From positions 1,046 through 65,045 of the forward strand of contig CAYOXM010000002.1 of NCBI GenBank assembly GCA_964407925.1: a stretch of DNA of 64,000 bases, read 5' to 3'. Source of the DNA: an uncultured Gammaproteobacteria bacterium (lineage in GTDB: Bacteria > Patescibacteriota > Patescibacteriia > SG8-24). Position 1 is the first letter of the stretch. Each line of letters begins with the position of its first letter. Below, piece after piece: positions 27,017 through 36,169 of the stretch. The notes beneath the pieces are model-generated. The model searched no databases, was not told where the DNA came from, and saw nothing but the letters and a program-made list of their open reading frames with translations. The translations under genes were made by a program, and so were the position numbers.

Positions 27017-28513
27017 ATGGCACGCATTGAACGAGGAAATCCGTTCGCCACGCTGACTGCGGCGTTCCTGGGGCTGTCGCTCCTGTTTCCGGCATTGCCG
27101 GCGGCCGCGCAGGAAGTGCCGTCCGCGGAACCTCCTCCGGCGGCGGCCGCGCCGGTCCGTCCGCCGTCGCTCATGGACGCGGTCCGTCGCGCCAAACCGC
27201 TCCTCGAGGAGCGGCGGAAGGAGCGTGTGGCGCTGCAGAAGCAACCCTACGTCGTCGCCGCTCGTCCCGCGGCCGTCGACATCGTGCTTGCGGTATGGGA
27301 TCGCGACACGGACCAGATTACGCTGGTCGATGCGGAAAAAAGCGGTTCACGGCTCACCGTTAAACCTCCGTCAGCGCTCAGGATAAAGGTGACGTTCGAC
27401 AGTCGCGTCTACTCGCAGTATGCGCTTCCGCCGGAAGACAACGCCGTCGTCGTCGGCGTCGTTTACCCCAGTTTCACGAAAGTTACGGTAAAGAAAAAAA
27501 CGGCTTATGAGGGGCGCGACGTCGTGTACGTCCCGTATACGAAGGAGTTTTTCGTGCCTGAAGTGCTTTCCGCCGGCTCCGACTACCTGTCATTCCTCAT
27601 CCAGGACGCGTTCGACGAGCTTCGTGCGAAGGGCATCCGTTCCCGCGCCTTTCCGGACAAGCTGGTCGCCGACGTCATCGATCCGTACCTCATCAAGTCC
27701 ATCGTCGTCATCGAGCATACCGATCATGCCTCGCTCCTGCGCGAAGACAATCCCGAACGGACGCTCGGCATTTTCCTCGCCAAGCTCGCGCTGAACGGCG
27801 ATGACGCGTTCGGCGTCGATCGGTCGACTGCGGGCGCGGTCGGCCTCGTGCAGTTCATACCGTCGACCTATTCGCTGTACGTGAAGAACCGGAAGGACCT
27901 CGAGCTCATTCCCGACTTCGCGCGCGGCATGGCGGACCACAAGAACGCCGTGAAGGCGGAGGTAGCCTATCTTGATCAGAGCTTGGCCGAACTGCCGCAA
28001 AAGGTCCGGGACACCTACCTCGGCGACAAGGTGAAGGCGGCGGAGTTCCTCGCCGCGGCCTACAACGGCGGTTCGACCCGCGTGAAGAGGGCGATTGCCG
28101 CGTTCGGGGAAGACTGGGCGAGTTCGCGCGCCGCGCCGCTCGCCTCGGCACGCGCCGAGTACGACCGGCTCATCGTGCGCGGCGAGGCCGTGAAGGCGAA
28201 GATGCGCAAGGCGGACGCGAAGTCCCTTGCGAAGCTCGAGGCCGAGCTCGCCGACATCCGAAGGACGTACAAGCCGATCAAGGCGAAAATCGCGCAATAC
28301 GAGTCCGCGGCGCTGAGGACGGAGACGGTCAATTACGTCGCCAAACTTCGCGCGACCTACGGCATGTTCACGGCGGGGATGTTCGCGACGCCGAATGCCC
28401 CGTCTGGCGCCCTGCCGGCCCGCGCGGTATCGACGGATCGGCCCGCGCCATTGGCGCTCGTCCCCGCCGCGCAAATCTGTTTCGGCGACGGCGGCTGCGC
28501 GGCAGCGCAATGA
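27017..28513 (+). CDS. Secreted protein with lytic-transglycosylase/lysozyme-like motifs
   Basis: Signal peptide; VVIEH (candidate catalytic Glu), STAGAVGLVQFIPST, AAYNGG, ETVNYV. Confidence 0.72.
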   Translation: MARIERGNPFATLTAAFLGLSLLFPALPAAAQEVPSAEPPPAAAAPVRPPSLMDAVRRAKPLLEERRKERVALQKQPYVVAARPAAVDIVLAVWDRDTDQITLVDAEKSGSRLTVKPPSALRIKVTFDSRVYSQYALPPEDNAVVVGVVYPSFTKVTVKKKTAYEGRDVVYVPYTKEFFVPEVLSAGSDYLSFLIQDAFDELRAKGIRSRAFPDKLVADVIDPYLIKSIVVIEHTDHASLLREDNPERTLGIFLAKLALNGDDAFGVDRSTAGAVGLVQFIPSTYSLYVKNRKDLELIPDFARGMADHKNAVKAEVAYLDQSLAELPQKVRDTYLGDKVKAAEFLAAAYNGGSTRVKRAIAAFGEDWASSRAAPLASARAEYDRLIVRGEAVKAKMRKADAKSLAKLEAELADIRRTYKPIKAKIAQYESAALRTETVNYVAKLRATYGMFTAGMFATPNAPSGALPARAVSTDRPAPLALVPAAQICFGDGGCAAAQ

Positions 28514-28516
28514 CCT

Positions 28517-29017
28517 ATGCGACCCGTGGGCAGGGGATTCTCGCTCATCGAGATGCTGGTGGTCGTCGCCATCATCGGCGTCCTGTCGACCGTCGTGATG
28601 TTTGCGGTCTCCACGGTGACGAAGAAAGGGCGGGACGCGAAACGCAAGGCGACGGTTTCTCAGATCGGGCGATTTTTCGCCGGCGAAACCTGTTTTATGC
28701 CGGAGAGCGGGCCGGGGCAATACGACATCGCGGACCTTTGGATTGAAATACAGGCGAAAAATCCGCAGTACGCGCAATTCCTCGCGGCAATTCCCTATGA
28801 TCCGCTCGCGCGGACGTCGGGAACGTCGAGATACGGATACACGGTAAGCCAAGACGGAGACGCGTGCGCGCTCTACGCGAACCTCGAGTTCGGCGGGGAA
28901 CCGACGACGCTCGATGGTTTGCCGGGGCCCACACCGGGCGCCGGCTCCGGAGTGCTCAAGGGCACGACGGACGGTCCGAACGGCACCCCTGTCTGGTTCC
29001 AAATCACCAATAAATAA
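28517..29017 (+). CDS. Type IV pilin / T2SS pseudopilin-like protein
   Basis: G|FSLIEMLVVVAIIGVL prepilin cleavage/methylation motif; RDAKRK, PYDP, LYANLE. Confidence 0.9.
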   Translation: MRPVGRGFSLIEMLVVVAIIGVLSTVVMFAVSTVTKKGRDAKRKATVSQIGRFFAGETCFMPESGPGQYDIADLWIEIQAKNPQYAQFLAAIPYDPLARTSGTSRYGYTVSQDGDACALYANLEFGGEPTTLDGLPGPTPGAGSGVLKGTTDGPNGTPVWFQITNK

Positions 29018-29020
29018 AAT

Positions 29021-29054
29021 AACCCCCACACCAATGCATTGGTGTGGGGGCGTT
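29021..29054. terminator. Terminator hairpin between convergent genes
   Basis: CCCCCACACCAATG/CATTGGTGTGGGGG perfect inverted repeat. Confidence 0.7.
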
Positions 29055-29058
29055 CGTT

Positions 29059-30912
29059 TCAGGGATTGACGCCCATCTCCTTCGAGAGCGCCTCGGCTTC
29101 CGCGACCATGCGGCCCATGCTCACCTCGATGCCGGCCGCCCAGAACTTCGGGTCAGTCGGATCGAGGCCGAAGGGCGCGAGGAGCGCGACGCAGTCCTTG
29201 GTGCTGCCGGCGCGCAGCAGGTCCAGGTAGAGCGGCTCGAACCGTTCGCCGAGCCGCTCGCGCGCCGCGTAGAGCGACTGCGTGAGCAGCTCGCCGAACG
29301 CGTAGGCGTAGACGTAGAACGGGCGGTGGAAGTGCGAGATGTACGCCCAGAGGTGCTCGGTGTCCTCGTAGGTGAACACTTCGCCGGATTCCCCGTAGTA
29401 CCGCCGCGTCACTTCGGACCAGAGCTTGTCGAGGTCTTCGGCGGAGCGCCGCTCGGTCTCGAGGCGGACAAACGCGTCCCCGTCGTGGCCGTGAAGCGCG
29501 CGCTCGAAGTCCGAGAAGCTGATCTGCCGGACGACGGTGTTGGTGATGCCGTCGAGCTTGTCCATGACGAGCGAGAGTACCGCCTTCGCGTCGCCCTTCT
29601 TCGCGAGTTCGGCCTTCAGGAAGTTGAAGGTCGTCATTTCGCCGAAGACCGAGGCGGTTTCGGCGTACGCCATCGGCGCGTGCATCTGGAGCTCGCCTTG
29701 CGTTTCGCCGGCCAGGAGCCCGTGGACGCCGTGACCGAGCTCGTGCGCCAGCGTCATCACGTCATCGCTTGTCCCCAGGAAATTGAGGAAGGTGAACGAG
29801 ACGGGCTTGCCGCCGGGGAGGCAGATGGAGTAGTTGTACGCGCCGCCCTGCTTGCCCGGCTGCGCGGGCGCGTCGATGCGACGGGCCGCGATCGTTTGCT
29901 CGACGAGAGATGCCAGCGTCGGACTGAAACTCCTGTACGCGGCGACGACCGTCGACACGGCCTTGTCCCAAGGGACGATCGTGGCGTCGGCGAACGGCAT
30001 CGGGGCGTTACGATCGCTCCAGCGGAGCGTCTTCATGCCGAGATGCGCGGCCTTCAGGCGGTAGTAGCGGCGCGCGAGCGGCGCGGCGACGTCCCGTACG
30101 GCGGCATGGAGCGACTCCACCACCGCATCCGGGATCCTGCTGCTCTTGTTCCGCGACTCCATCGGGTGCTTGTAGCCGCGCTCGCGATCCTCGACCTCTT
30201 TCGAGGCGGAAACCATGTGCAGCGTCTGCGCGGAATACTTGGCGAACGCGCCACCGAGCCCCGCGTTGACCGCCTTCATCGCTTCGGCGCGCGTCGCGCC
30301 GTCCGGATCGTTGTTCATGAGACTCACCATCTCGGTGAGCGTCTTCGATTCGCCGCGGAAGGGGAACCGGAGGTCCGCCTCCACCTCGTCGAAAAACTCC
30401 GACCAGGCGCCGGCGCCGAACTGGCCGCGCTTGGTGAGCGCGCCCTCGACCTCCTCCTTGAGCAGGTGCGGCTTGAAGACGCGAGCAAGCGAAATCCACG
30501 GCGCATGGCGCGCGACGGTCGCGTCATTCGCGACGAGCGACGCGACCACGTCGTCGCCGAGCGCCACGAGTTCGTGATCGAAGAAGTTGAGATACTCGCC
30601 GGACGCGAGGTTCATCGCCTTCTCGGTTTTCGCCATCGCCTTCTTCACCGCGTCGTCCGCGGTGTTCACCGAGGAGCGCAGGAACAGGTACACCTGGATC
30701 TTGTTGCCGAGCGACGCAAGGTTCGCGTAGTCGGCGATCGCCTTGCCGAGCGTTTCGGCGAGGCGTCCCTTGTGTTCCGCGTGGAACGCCTTCGCGGCCG
30801 CGACCCACGTCTCAACGTCGGAAAAGAGCTTGGGGTCGGTCGGTCCGGAATACAGGAAAGAGAGGTCCCAGCGGACGTCCTCGGCACCGGTACGCTTGTC
30901 CTTGTCGGTCAT
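29059..30912 (-). CDS. pepF: M3 family oligoendopeptidase F
   Basis: WDLS.LY, GKQGGAY, TLAHELGHGVH, AETASVFGE, HF..PFYVYAY; GGAGG SD before ATG 30912. Confidence 0.92.
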   Translation of the reverse strand: MTDKDKRTGAEDVRWDLSFLYSGPTDPKLFSDVETWVAAAKAFHAEHKGRLAETLGKAIADYANLASLGNKIQVYLFLRSSVNTADDAVKKAMAKTEKAMNLASGEYLNFFDHELVALGDDVVASLVANDATVARHAPWISLARVFKPHLLKEEVEGALTKRGQFGAGAWSEFFDEVEADLRFPFRGESKTLTEMVSLMNNDPDGATRAEAMKAVNAGLGGAFAKYSAQTLHMVSASKEVEDRERGYKHPMESRNKSSRIPDAVVESLHAAVRDVAAPLARRYYRLKAAHLGMKTLRWSDRNAPMPFADATIVPWDKAVSTVVAAYRSFSPTLASLVEQTIAARRIDAPAQPGKQGGAYNYSICLPGGKPVSFTFLNFLGTSDDVMTLAHELGHGVHGLLAGETQGELQMHAPMAYAETASVFGEMTTFNFLKAELAKKGDAKAVLSLVMDKLDGITNTVVRQISFSDFERALHGHDGDAFVRLETERRSAEDLDKLWSEVTRRYYGESGEVFTYEDTEHLWAYISHFHRPFYVYAYAFGELLTQSLYAARERLGERFEPLYLDLLRAGSTKDCVALLAPFGLDPTDPKFWAAGIEVSMGRMVAEAEALSKEMGVNP

Positions 30913-31043
30913 CGAATCCTCCATGACGGTCGTTGAGAAAAGACCATGGCGGCATGGTCGTGAATATGCGTCATTGTGTCAAATCCGGCGGTTTGCGCCA
31001 ACCCGTCGTTTTCCGACGCCGCGATTTGGGGTACGCTACGCGC

Positions 31044-31610
31044 ATGAAGGACGTATTCGTCATGGGGGATGGCAGCAAAAGCATCGCCATCGAACGGAAG
31101 CGAAACCCCCGCGGCCGGCGGGCTTGGCTGACGGTGCATCCCGACGGACGCGCCGTGTTGTCGCTGCCGCGCTGGATGGACGACGCCGAGGCCGAGCGGT
31201 TCGTTCGCGCGCAGGAGGCGTGGCTGCGGAGGCAGTTGGCTCGCGTCAGCCGGTTCAAGCATGACACCTTTCTTCCGCACGACCGGCGTTCGTATCTCGC
31301 GCGGAAAGAAGAGGCACGGGCGCTCGTCCACGCATGCATAGAAAAGGTGAACGCCGCGTACGGCCTCAGTTTCGGACGCGTGTTCATCAAGGATCTGCGA
31401 CGGAATTGGGGCAGCTGCTCGGAAAAGGGGAACCTGAATTTCAATTACAAGCTCGTATACCTGCCCGTTCGGCTCGCGGAGTATGTCGTTGCGCACGAAT
31501 TGTGCCACCTCGCGCATTTCGACCACTCGGAAAAATTTTGGACGCTCGTGGCGCGGACGTTCCCCGATCACCGCGAACTGCGCCGGACGCTTCGGACGTA
31601 CCACTCCTGA
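31044..31610 (+). CDS. M48/YgjP-like (DUF45) metal-dependent hydrolase
   Basis: WGSCS..GNLNFN, EYVVAHELCHL.HFDHS..FW. Confidence 0.9.
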   Translation: MKDVFVMGDGSKSIAIERKRNPRGRRAWLTVHPDGRAVLSLPRWMDDAEAERFVRAQEAWLRRQLARVSRFKHDTFLPHDRRSYLARKEEARALVHACIEKVNAAYGLSFGRVFIKDLRRNWGSCSEKGNLNFNYKLVYLPVRLAEYVVAHELCHLAHFDHSEKFWTLVARTFPDHRELRRTLRTYHS

Positions 31611-31644
31611 CGGCAAAGAAAAAAGCCCGCGTGCGGGCTCGGTT

Positions 31645-32214
31645 TCAGCGCAGGGCCGCGCTGCGGGCGATCCTGTCGATGTCGGCGGTCATCGCGGCGC
31701 TCGTCTCGGGCGGCCAGATGCCGGAGACGACGATCATGCGTTCGGGCTGCGTCGGGAACCGGACGAGCACGACTCTTCCCTGCGCGGCGACGGGCCGCAG
31801 CTTCGCGGGGTGGCGCGTCCATGAGAACCACGCCATATCGCCGCTCGCCGTCGAGACGATGAGCGATGTCGTGACGTTTCCGTCCGTTATGGCCGCGACC
31901 ATGCGCTCGGCGTGATCCGCGAGCGCGACGTCGCCGGTATTCCGGAGCGTGACGGCGATGAGCGCCTTGCCCGACTCGTGGACGTAAACGATGTCCGCGC
32001 CCGGCGCCTCGTCGCGGGAGGCGGATTCTCCCCATGCCGGCGGCGTCCACGCGAGAATCTGCGGACGGCGGTACGGGTCGGCGGCGAAAGGCGAATCGAC
32101 CGCCGTGGTCGCGGGAATGAGAGGCGGTGCGGCAGTAACGGCGGGAGCCGGCGGGGTCGCCGCGCAACCGGCAAGAAACAGGCAGGAAATCGCGGTAGCG
32201 GCTTTCGGTCTCAT
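31645..32214 (-). CDS. Hypothetical lipoprotein (paralog of 32354-32959)
   Basis: Lipobox LAGC; AWFSW...GRVVLVR...GIWP; GAGGAG SD. Confidence 0.7.
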   Translation of the reverse strand: MRPKAATAISCLFLAGCAATPPAPAVTAAPPLIPATTAVDSPFAADPYRRPQILAWTPPAWGESASRDEAPGADIVYVHESGKALIAVTLRNTGDVALADHAERMVAAITDGNVTTSLIVSTASGDMAWFSWTRHPAKLRPVAAQGRVVLVRFPTQPERMIVVSGIWPPETSAAMTADIDRIARSAALR

Positions 32215-32353
32215 CGCGTCGCTCCTCTAAAAGGACAGGTTTGGCCGCACGCTAGCACGTCGTCGCCGTAAGGGGAAGGGGGGATGGTTCGACCGGCGGC
32301 GGCGTAAAAAAAGGACCCATCCCGAAGGAGGGGTCCGTGACGCGGAGCGCCGG

Positions 32354-32959
32354 TCACTGGTAGCTGAAGCTCGCGGCGGCCTCGTCGAGGTCTTTCGCGT
32401 TCTCCTTGTTGTTCGCCTTGTCCCACATGCCGAGGAGCTCCACGGTGACGTCCGCGGTGTCGGCGGTCTTGGGGATGTGCCGGACGACGACCTTGCCGCA
32501 CTGCGGTTTGCCCTCTCCGGCGGCGGGGTTGTTCCAGGTGAACCAGGCGAGGTTGCCGTCGGCGGACTTCTCCACCTTGCCGGCCTTCACACCCTTGGCC
32601 TGAGCGACCGCCTTGCGCGTCTCCTCGGCCTCTTCGGCCGCGGACTTCTCGCGCGTGGCGTAGATGTCCACCAGGATCATGCCCTTCTTCGGCGGGTTGA
32701 GCAGGACGGCGTCGATGTCCTCCGGGGCGCCGACCATGCTCGGGGGGATCCGCGCCCAGCCGCCGGGGATCTTCATCTGGAGCGTCTTCTTCGCCTTGGG
32801 CGGCGGCGGAGGCGTCTCGTTCTGATGCGCGGGCGGCGGTTCTGCCGCCGGCGCGGGTGCGGCGGGCGCCGCCTTGGGGTCCGCCGCAGGGGGCGGCTTG
32901 GTGCTCGCGCAGGCGGCGAGCAGGGTGGCGGCGAGAATCAGTGCCGGCGTATGACGCAT
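32354..32959 (-). CDS. Hypothetical lipoprotein (paralog of 31645-32214)
   Basis: Lipobox LAAC; AWFTW...GKVVVR...GMWD; AAGGAG SD. Confidence 0.75.
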   Translation of the reverse strand: MRHTPALILAATLLAACASTKPPPAADPKAAPAAPAPAAEPPPAHQNETPPPPPKAKKTLQMKIPGGWARIPPSMVGAPEDIDAVLLNPPKKGMILVDIYATREKSAAEEAEETRKAVAQAKGVKAGKVEKSADGNLAWFTWNNPAAGEGKPQCGKVVVRHIPKTADTADVTVELLGMWDKANNKENAKDLDEAAASFSYQ

Positions 32960-33102
32960 CGGTCTCTCCTTGTCTGGAAAATGAACGGGCATGCCATGGT
33001 GGCGCGCCGCTTTGACGATAGCATAGCGTCAAATGCCGTCCACTCCGAGGCATGGACCTTGATTTTTTCGCGAAAACGTGTACGGTTTACGCGGAGGCCG
33101 TC

Positions 33103-33480
33103 ATGAACAAGACGCCGATCTTTTTTGCCCTCATGCTCGCCGTCGCGCTCGCCTTGAGCGGTTGCACCGTCTATACGACTTCGCGTCCCGTGTACGTGGA
33201 ACGGCGGATCGCGTGGCAACCGACGTACGTCCACACCTATGCGCACGGCTGCTGGGCCGACGACATCTGGTACGCGCCCTGTCCGGTCGCGCCTGGAGCA
33301 CCCTACGGTTACTACGTCTACGTCGACGGCTGTTACCGCTGGCACAACCACGTCGTCTGGGAGTACCGACTCGGACATCCGCCGCCGCGATGGGGCCACC
33401 ACCCGCCACCCCCGTCCCGCGGCCACCGCCGATACGAGCCGGCACATCCGCACCGCACCCCTCCGCCACGGAGGTTCTAA
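33103..33480 (+). CDS. Small lipoprotein with aromatic core and His/Pro/Arg-rich tail
   Basis: Lipobox LSGC; GGAGG SD; terminator at 33488-33512. Confidence 0.65.
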   Translation: MNKTPIFFALMLAVALALSGCTVYTTSRPVYVERRIAWQPTYVHTYAHGCWADDIWYAPCPVAPGAPYGYYVYVDGCYRWHNHVVWEYRLGHPPPRWGHHPPPPSRGHRRYEPAHPHRTPPPRRF

Positions 33481-33580
33481 CGTCAGAAGCCGCTGCAAGC
33501 GGCTCTTTTTTTATTTGGAGCATGACGGGCGTCGCGGCTCCTGCTATGCTATGGACATTGATTCATCGACATGCATCAAC

Positions 33581-34789
33581 ATGTACACCACGTTCCTGCT
33601 TCAGGCGCTCTCCGCGGTCGTCGGCGTCGCGGCGACCTTCCTCGTCGTAAAGGGAATGCTCAGTATCCGAAAAAGGGCTGACCGCGGCACGCGGACAACC
33701 ATCGACATCGGCGCCGGCGCGCTCATCGTCGCGGCGGTCGTGTACCTCGTTGCTGGCATCCCATACCCGTTGCACTTCGCCATGCCGCCGACGATGCACG
33801 CGATGACCAAGGACAAGCTGCCGGCATCGTTGCCGGTACCGTCCGTAATCCGCTTCCTCTGGAACAAGGATCGGTTTGAGAAAGTCGCCGACATCGGACG
33901 TGATCCGAACGCCGTGCCTGCGCCGATTGCACGACGGGAACCGTCGACGGTGAAAATTGACGTTCGCGCGAAGGAAGTCGTCGCCGAAATAGCGCCGGGA
34001 ATTTTCTTCAACTACTGGACCTACGACGGGCAGGTGCCCGGACCGATGTACCGGGTGCGTGCGGGCGATACCGTCGATCTCAGTTTGACCAATGATCCCA
34101 CCAGCCTGCATTCGCACAACATCGATCTGCACGCGGTCACGGGACCTGGCGGCGGCGCGGCGGTGACAGACGTCGCGCCGGGCGAGACCAAGTCCTTCCG
34201 CTGGCTCGCGAAGCATCCAGGACTGTACGAATATCACTGCGCGACCGCGAACGTCAGCACGCACAACGCGCACGGACAATACGGTCTCATCCTCGTCGAG
34301 CCCGAGGGCGGCCTCCCTCCGGTCGACAAGGAGTTCTATCTCGTGCAGGGAGAGTCCTATACCGCAGGAGGGATCGGGAAGAGGGGGATGCTGGCATTCG
34401 ACACGCGCGGCCTGATTGACGGCGAGCCGACCTATGTCACGTTCAACGGCAAGGTGGAACAGGCGCCGCGGATGAAAGCGCGCGTGGGCGACCGCATCCG
34501 CATGTACGTCGGCAACGGCGGCGTCAACCTGGTATCGTCGTTCCATGTCATCGGCGAGATTTTCGACACCGTCTACCCCGAAGCTGGGATGGGCGAAGGT
34601 TCGGCAGTCTTTAAGAACGTGCAGACGACAGCGGTGCTTCCTGGCGGCGCGACCGTCGTGGAATTCACGGTTGATGTTCCGGGCAAATACACCATCGTGG
34701 ATCACGCGCTCGCGCGGATGAACAAGGGTGCCTGGGCGGTTCTCGAGGTGGAGGGCGAGCCGAATCCCTCGGTTTTCCAGCCCTTGTAG
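33581..34789 (+). CDS. nirK: Copper-containing nitrite reductase (AniA/NirK type) with two N-terminal TM helices
   Basis: HNIDLHAVTGPGGG, YHCA...H..HGQYGLILVEP, SSFHVIGEIFD, VDHAL. Confidence 0.88.
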   Translation: MYTTFLLQALSAVVGVAATFLVVKGMLSIRKRADRGTRTTIDIGAGALIVAAVVYLVAGIPYPLHFAMPPTMHAMTKDKLPASLPVPSVIRFLWNKDRFEKVADIGRDPNAVPAPIARREPSTVKIDVRAKEVVAEIAPGIFFNYWTYDGQVPGPMYRVRAGDTVDLSLTNDPTSLHSHNIDLHAVTGPGGGAAVTDVAPGETKSFRWLAKHPGLYEYHCATANVSTHNAHGQYGLILVEPEGGLPPVDKEFYLVQGESYTAGGIGKRGMLAFDTRGLIDGEPTYVTFNGKVEQAPRMKARVGDRIRMYVGNGGVNLVSSFHVIGEIFDTVYPEAGMGEGSAVFKNVQTTAVLPGGATVVEFTVDVPGKYTIVDHALARMNKGAWAVLEVEGEPNPSVFQPL

Positions 34790-34822
34790 GCGGCACCGCT
34801 CCCGAGTGGTACACTCGGGCAT

Positions 34823-36130
34823 ATGAAACGACTGGTCGCCGCATCCATCGCCATCGCGCTCGTTTTAGGCGGAGCGTACGCGTTTTATGCGCGCATGCCG
34901 GGAAAATCGCCGACTGCAACGCCCGATGCCGTTATGCGTCAGTCAGACCCGCCAGCGCCGATTCAAGACGCGCCTCCCGCGGAGGTCGCCGCGCTGCCCG
35001 AACCTCCGGGCCAGCACGACGAGACGACCATGGCGCAGCCAGTCGCGTATTTTCCGCCGCCGACCGTCGACCTCACCGGCTCGAAACTCGGCAACCAGCG
35101 CGTACCGGGCACGGATGCCATCGGCGACATCCATAAGATCGTCTTTCATGATCCGACACAGTCGCTTTTCATGACCGTCATCGAGCCGGACGGGATGCGT
35201 TCGGTATGGCGACTTAACGAGCAGGGGAAGACGGAGCGCGTCTTCGCCGCGAACCCCTATCAAGGGGAAATCGACATCCAGGTCGACAGCAAGGGCATTC
35301 TCTACGTGCAGTACGACAACCCGTGGAGGCTGTACCGTTCGAAGGACGGACTCAAGACGTGGACCGAAGTGATGAAGGATGTCGGCATGTTCTGGCAGAT
35401 CGCCGATGACGGGAAGGGAAACGTCTACGGCACGATGCACGAGTACAACCGCGCCATACTGTACCGAAGCCAGGACGACGGTTTCACGTGGGAGGCATGG
35501 CGCGATTTTCAGAAGATTTTTCCCGAGTACGCGACGCGCTACGACGATACAGATACGCGGTACAGGCTGCGCCACCTTCACGGTCTCATCGTGAACGACA
35601 AGACGGGAGCCATCATCGTGGGCACGGGCGACGTCGCGCGGTTCGCCTTCCGTTCGGACGACGACGGCGCGACTTGGAAAAAAATCTGGGACGAAGGGTT
35701 TACCGCATCTGTCGCGATGTCCGGCGGCAACCGCTACCTGCTCGGCCCCGACCAGCTCCACGGCCACGGCATCGCGTTGTACGACGTGGCTGCGGACACG
35801 GTGAAGGAGGTCTGGAACCCGATTCCGCACAATTACGCCGGGTACACCTACAGCATGATCAACGTCGACGGCATCTATTACGCCGCGTTTCATACCGAAG
35901 CGAACGAAGTGGAGAGCGTCGTGCCGAAGTCCGGCCTCATCGCGTCGCCCGACGGCATCGCGTGGTACCCATTCCTCGAGTGGGCGCCGTTGTCGCATCA
36001 CGCCCGGACGAACTTATGGCTTGCCTCGGCGCCGTCACGCGTTTACGCGAGCCTGAACGGCCTGTTGTATGCCTTCACTCCGCTCGACCGCGAATGGTTC
36101 AGGACTCGCGACCCGTTTCCCGCGAAATGA
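34823..36130 (+). CDS. Membrane-anchored beta-propeller protein with BNR/Asp-box repeats
   Basis: YRSKDGLKTW, YRSQDDGFTW, FRSDDDGATW, ASPDGIAW; RHLHG. Confidence 0.78.
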   Translation: MKRLVAASIAIALVLGGAYAFYARMPGKSPTATPDAVMRQSDPPAPIQDAPPAEVAALPEPPGQHDETTMAQPVAYFPPPTVDLTGSKLGNQRVPGTDAIGDIHKIVFHDPTQSLFMTVIEPDGMRSVWRLNEQGKTERVFAANPYQGEIDIQVDSKGILYVQYDNPWRLYRSKDGLKTWTEVMKDVGMFWQIADDGKGNVYGTMHEYNRAILYRSQDDGFTWEAWRDFQKIFPEYATRYDDTDTRYRLRHLHGLIVNDKTGAIIVGTGDVARFAFRSDDDGATWKKIWDEGFTASVAMSGGNRYLLGPDQLHGHGIALYDVAADTVKEVWNPIPHNYAGYTYSMINVDGIYYAAFHTEANEVESVVPKSGLIASPDGIAWYPFLEWAPLSHHARTNLWLASAPSRVYASLNGLLYAFTPLDREWFRTRDPFPAK

Positions 36131-36137
36131 CGGGACG

Positions 36138-36165
36138 AAAAAGCCGCCCGTGCAGGCGGCTTTTT
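36138..36165. terminator. Bidirectional terminator
   Basis: AAAAAGCCGCC...GGCGGCTTTTT. Confidence 0.8.
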
Positions 36166-36169
36166 CGTT

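Noticed and set aside
33558-33579. FNR/DNR box upstream of nirK (TTGAT...ATCAA)
   Set aside because: The half-sites are 12 nt apart, not 4
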